DNA of 64,000 bases, taken from NCBI GenBank assembly GCA_002269645.1, contig NIVC01000642.1:62001-126000 (forward strand). Reading direction: 5' to 3'. Within the stretch, counting starts at the first letter, position 1. Each line of letters starts with the position of its first letter. Position numbers and translations under genes: made by a program. The notes under the pieces were generated by a model. The model saw only the letters and a program-made list of their open reading frames with translations. It was not told the DNA's origin and made no database searches. Positions 58,861-64,000 of this stretch are shown here, one piece after another. The stretch is from Macrostomum lignano (lineage: Eukaryota).

Positions 58861-59589
58861 CAGTTTAGGTTTTAGCTTTCTAAAATCATTTAGAATGTTT
58901 TGTTGACAAATAATATAGACTACATATAATTAATTTGAAGAGTCAAATTCGTTCGGCCATTTTGGTCTAAACAGATTTTCGCATCGAATCATATTGGAAA
59001 GTATACGTCCAAAAGACGACAATTTATTAATTTGGTGCGTTTCTGTGCAGTTTTTGCGCCACTTCAAACCGACAGAAGCAATGCATACATTATTATTGAA
59101 TCATAATTCTAACCATTGAGACTTATGATGTTTATGGACACCGCGAGCTCTGAATGGGAGCTGGACATGTTGGGTCGCATTTCCATTAGATGCATTTTCA
59201 CTGGGATATAATTCCCTCTATATGCAGAGTTTATTGCACCGGGGGTATTTATGATGGTGTCTGTGGTTGGGGCTGGGGTTTTAGCCAAGTAAAGCCAAGC
59301 TCTAATTAATGCCTCCCAGGAGACTTTGCCCTGCACTGCACGCGACTGGGATAGCTAGCATAGATGCAGACGCATTCGAAAGCACAGATACGCCTGACCC
59401 CGGCATTCATAGCTATTTCATTTGGTCCCCAGTTTGTTTAATTGCACTTAATTCGTTGGAATTGAATGTATCATTATCAGCATTTGTTCAAGTCAGCCTA
59501 TAAAGGTCCATCGGAAAGAGGTTTAAACTCCCAGCAACAGGACAATTGTTGCATATGTGTCCTTAGTGGCGTAGCCTTCCCATGGACAG

Positions 59590-61020
59590 AGGTTTTAGTG
59601 TCAGTTTTAGCTGTGCAGGTGAGGTTTTAGTGTCAGTTTAGCTGTGCAGGTGAGGTTTTAGTGTCTGCAGTTTAGCTCTGTATGTGAGGTTTTAGTGTCT
59701 GCAGTTTAGCTCTGTATGTGAGGGTTTAGAGTCAGTTTAGCTGTGCAGGTGAGGTTTTAGTGTCTGCAGTTTAGCTCTGTATGTGAGGTTTTAGTGTCTG
59801 CAGTTTAGCTCTGTATGTGAGGGTTTAGAGTCAGTTTAGCTGTGCAGGTGAGGTTTTAGTGTCTGCAGTTTAGCTCTGTATGTGATGGTTTAGAGTCAGT
59901 TTAGCTGTGCAGGTGAGGTTTTAGTGTCTGCAGTTTAGCTCTGTATGTGAGGTTTTAGTGTCTGCAGTTTAGCTCTGTATGTGAGGGTTTAGAGTCAGTT
60001 TAGGTGTGCAGGTGAGGTTTTAGTGTCTGCAGTTTAGCTCTGTATGTGATGGTTTAGAGTCAGTTTAGCTGTGCAGGTGAGGTTTTAGTGTCTGCAGTTT
60101 AGCTCTGTATGTGAGGTTTTAGTGTCTGCAGTATAGCTCTGTATGTGAGGGTTTAGAGTCAGTTTAGCTGTGCAGGTGAGGTTTTAGTGTCTGCAGTTTA
60201 GCTCTGTATGTGAGGTTTTAGTGTCTGCAGTTTAGCTCTGTATGTGAGGGTTTAGAGTCAGTTTAGCTGTGCAGGTGAGGTTTTAGTGTCTGCAGTTTAG
60301 CTCTGTATGTGAGGTTTTAGTGTCTGCAGTTTAGCTCTGTATGTGAGGGTTTAGAGTCAGTTTAGCTGTGCAGGTGAGGTTTTAGTGTCTGCAGTTTAGC
60401 TCTGTATGTGAGGTTTTAGTGTCTGCAGTTTAGCTCTGTATGTGAGGGTTTAGAGTCAGTTTAGCTGTGCAGGTGAGGTTTTAGTGTCTGCAGTTTAGCT
60501 CTGTATGTGATGGTTTAGAGTCAGTTTAGCTGTGCAGGTGAGGTTTTAGTGTCTGCAGTTTAGCTCTGTATGTGAGGTTTTAGTGTCTGCAGTTTAGCTC
60601 TGTATGTGAGGGTTTAGAGTCAGTTTAGCTGTGCAGGTGAGGTTTTAGTGTCTGCAGTTTAGCTCTGTATGTGAGGGTTTAGAGTCAGTTTAGCTGTGCA
60701 GGTGAGGTTTTAGTGTCTGCAGTTTAGCTCTGTATGTGAGGTTTTAGTGTCTGCAGTTTAGCTCTGTATGTGAGGGTTTAGAGTCAGTTTAGCTCAGGTG
60801 AGGTTTTAGTGTCTGCAGTTTAGCTCTGTGTAGGTGAGGATTTAGTGTCAGTTTAGCTCTACCGGTGAGGTTTTAGTGTCTGCAGTTTAGCTCTGCTGGG
60901 GAGGCCTTAGTGTCCTTAAGTGAACCCTTACATGTACATGTACTGACCTCACTTACATGTACATGTGCAGTGAGGTCAGTTTAGTTGTGCAGGTGAAGTT
61001 TTAGTGTCAGTTTAGCTCTG
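59590..61020. repeat. Related 30-33-bp satellite with alternating variants (higher-order repeat)
   Basis: Units gttttagtgtctgcagtttagctctgtatgtgag alternate with ggtttagagtcagtttagctgtgcaggtgag. Confidence 0.95.
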
Positions 61021-61847
61021 CAGGTGAGATCTGTACCCAACGAGCAAAGTTCCTATACATTTATTTTTTCTGGTACGAGCCCGTACATGTAAGTTTGTGG
61101 TGGACGAACAAACTGCATAGAGATTAATACATCAATTTCCGCAGTGGCAAACATGCTCTGCATAAGTAATTATACTTATGGAATAAATATGATTGCGGAA
61201 ACTGAGTGAAGCCACGGCTCTTAGTGCGGACAAATGATCGAGTGAATTGGTCTTGGAAAGGTTTCCTACCGAAAATTACATGTACACTGTGTCCTCAAGC
61301 ATAGTTTAGATCAAGTTAAGGCGCCAGTACAGTTTTGGGAGTACCATATGCAATGGTAATTGATTCTGCTGCTACGACACCCTGTGGCTTAACGACACAG
61401 AGCCACTTTTCAATGTTAGAGGTCAAAGGCGCAAGATAGCGTCAATATGATAGTTACTTTTACATGTACATATTGGTCAGAGACGCCACTACATCAGAGC
61501 CAGGCAAATGAGGAAAATACACTGACAAAAAGCAATTGACAAGGCCAAGGATACGGCGCAAAGGAATTCCACGTCTGCGGCAGAGACCGAGTAATTGAGA
61601 GTCCCAACGAAAAAGTTCTCACCGACATCAAGAGAAGCTGAAGTAATCTAATTAACTCGCGCTAACAAACTCGCAACAGTACAGGCGCGAGCTACCACCA
61701 GCTGTATATTAAGTTTCCGGATCAAAGACTGCAAAGACTTGGGATCAAGGACTTTCATAGGAACATTATTGTAACCGACTGATAATCAGGAACAGTTGCG
61801 ACCATGACCAATGGGGTTTGGGTCATTATATCTTGCTTTTTGCGACA

Positions 61848-62070
61848 ATCACGCACCCAATGCGTGGCATGCCGAACAGTCCGCCTTGAATCACGCACCC
61901 ATTGCGTGGCATGCCGAACAGTCGGCCTTGAATCAAGCACTCAATGCGTGGCATGCCGAACAGTCGGCCTTGAATCACGCACCCATTGCGTGGCATGCCG
62001 AACAGTCGGCCTTGAATCACGCACTCAATGCGTGGCATGCCGAACAGTCGGGCTTGAATCACGCCCCAAT
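61848..62070. repeat. 42-bp tandem repeat, ~5 copies
   Basis: (aatcacgcacccaatgcgtggcatgccgaacagtcggccttg)n. Confidence 0.9.
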
Positions 62071-64000
62071 AGCGTGACAAAATGAAAGAAGACTAGTAAA
62101 ACGCGTACGACGTACATTTTTTGCTTGATTTTACTAATCCAAAACGGGTTTTTGATTAAAATTTGAAACCCGAATAGCCAATTACTTATTTATAACTAAT
62201 ATAATGTTTAATAAAATTATTGATGATATCGAACAATCAACAGAACCAAATTAAAGGTGGCAAACTAAAGCTATTTAATAAAATCAACAGGCAAAAAGGT
62301 AACTAATAATAATATATTATTAGGAGCCAACAACCACAGGCTGATGCGTCGTAGGGCTGAAAAGTTTCGTGCACAGCAAAAGGAAGAGCACAAATTCGCA
62401 TTGGTCTTAAGATCGAGAGAGAGAGAACGAGATTGCCAAGGTCAGCAATAGCTGGGCCTCCACTTTGCTGCGTTAAAACAGCAGTGGCGGCGCGGCTAAT
62501 ATTGCCTTAGAAGAGAGACCCGTGGGAAACTAATACATCCTCTTTTGCCAGAGAGGCGGAACCGAAATCCCCAAATCCCATTTCCCACTCACTCAGTCTC
62601 CCTCCCTCATTCTCTTTCAGTTTTAAGATTATTTTTCTCTACGCAAAGCAATTTTCCCGTGCACTCTCTCTTTCTCGATCTGGCTCTGAAGCCCTCGACT
62701 AGGTTATAATATAAATTCCCAACACAAATACTCGTATGCATTTAAAGGAACATTAGCCAATTAAGGCATCAAAGCCAGTAACAGTGATTCAGCGCAGAGA
62801 TGCATAGTGAGCACGCATTTTTGTGTGTTTTATTATTATTTTTTCTTAAAGATTTTTGTCACACAGTAAAGTGCTCAGATAAAAAACTAAAACTGTACAA
62901 GCAGCAGGACAAATGATACAGGAACTGTGTTTGTGTGTAAGTAAATTACAGCGGACTTAAACGAGTAGAAAAAAACATTGGCTAACCATCTCCGAGCTAC
63001 AATCAACTACTGCGGAGACGAATATTTACTAAAAAATGGATAAAACTGAACAGAAAAAACACACGTAAACAGCAGAGAAAAAAAGCGGCGGTGATACTCT
63101 CTGCGCTTTACTGCGCGTGGTATATAGTATAAATGCCGGATAAGATTACAGGGTAGAAGTAGATGAAATTTAAACTGAACATAAATTTGTAGAGAGTCAG
63201 CCACACGTTACTATAGATAACTAAATAAATGACTGAACTAGTCATAGCAAAAGCTATTAATTTATTTTAATAAAACTCTCCTACGAATAGTAGAATAAAG
63301 GGCGAACAGTGCCAGAATTAAATATAAAAAGGGGACAAAAGTGCAAACGCGCCCCAGACACGGAGCAGCACCAAGACTTGCTTGAAGAGAAATAATGAGA
63401 GACAACTGACAGTTTGCTAAGCTAAATAAAATCTCGAAAAAAACGTTTGATCAGTCTAATTCGACTACCCGGAGTTTTAGGCGAGAAAGAAGCGTTATAG
63501 ACGCTGATTAAATTGTTTAGCGGAAATGAAATATTAAACGTATATACATACTTATAGGCAGTGTATTGCAAAAAGATGCTCTGATCTCTCTCTCTGTGTA
63601 AATGGGGGCTGTTAGATACGTACCAAGATAAATCATTAATTAACAACGAACACGCATACCAATTAGATTCGTGTAAATGTGACAAAAAGGACACAAAAAG
63701 AAGATGCACAGAAATAAAACAGAGAAGCAAAACACATCTGGATAAGGAGCATGTAAAATATTGACCATAAATAAAACAAGAAATGTCAGTTAATTAGGGG
63801 GCCGATGCAGAACTTAAAGAAGCGGACAAAGCTTTCTGATAGATTCTGCACCAAGGCCCAGCGAGACGGGAAATTCGAAGAGTCTTCAAGAGCAAAAAAA
63901 CTTGTTTCGTATCACGCGCATTGTCACAGGGCAAGCAGTGCGCGTTACAACACAGAAAAAGTACAACAAAATTGTTTTTTTCACATTTTCACATTTTTGT

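Noticed and set aside
57798-59336. Short minus-strand ORFs (57798-58013, 59109-59336) as exons of a further gene
   Set aside because: No recognisable protein, and no splice model giving a convincing long frame.
58290-61020. GTTTTAG-containing 30-33 bp repeats resembling a CRISPR repeat start
   Set aside because: Units are contiguous with no unique spacers, no cas genes, and the context is eukaryotic; ordinary satellite.

Overview
Eukaryotic (animal) genomic DNA: GC-rich exons, AT-rich spacers and very dense mini/microsatellites. This style is consistent with a Macrostomum-like flatworm, which is my inference only. Bases 1-9126 hold a young, intact Ty3/gypsy LTR retrotransposon on the minus strand (gag, -1 frameshift, pol, an extra non-env ORF, near-identical LTRs). 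Host genes are an intronless RPC9/CRCP-like gene with an internal TAG, a roadblock-type dynein light chain, a divergent pantothenate-kinase-like gene (5 exons), a 6-exon NR1-type nuclear receptor with an atypical second zinc finger, and an orphan single-pass membrane ORF. Other mobile DNA includes MITEs, a tRNA-derived SINE, a CACTA/EnSpm-like derivative and a second, unrelated solo LTR. The most unusual signal is that both LTR elements carry tandem modules of 'integrase attachment end (..CA) + tRNA-Leu primer-binding site'. The full element has four diverged modules at a 50-52 nt period. The solo LTR has two 64-nt modules inside its apparent target-site duplication. This suggests LTRs with several alternative PBS/U5 ends. 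All analysis was by eye; no searches were run.
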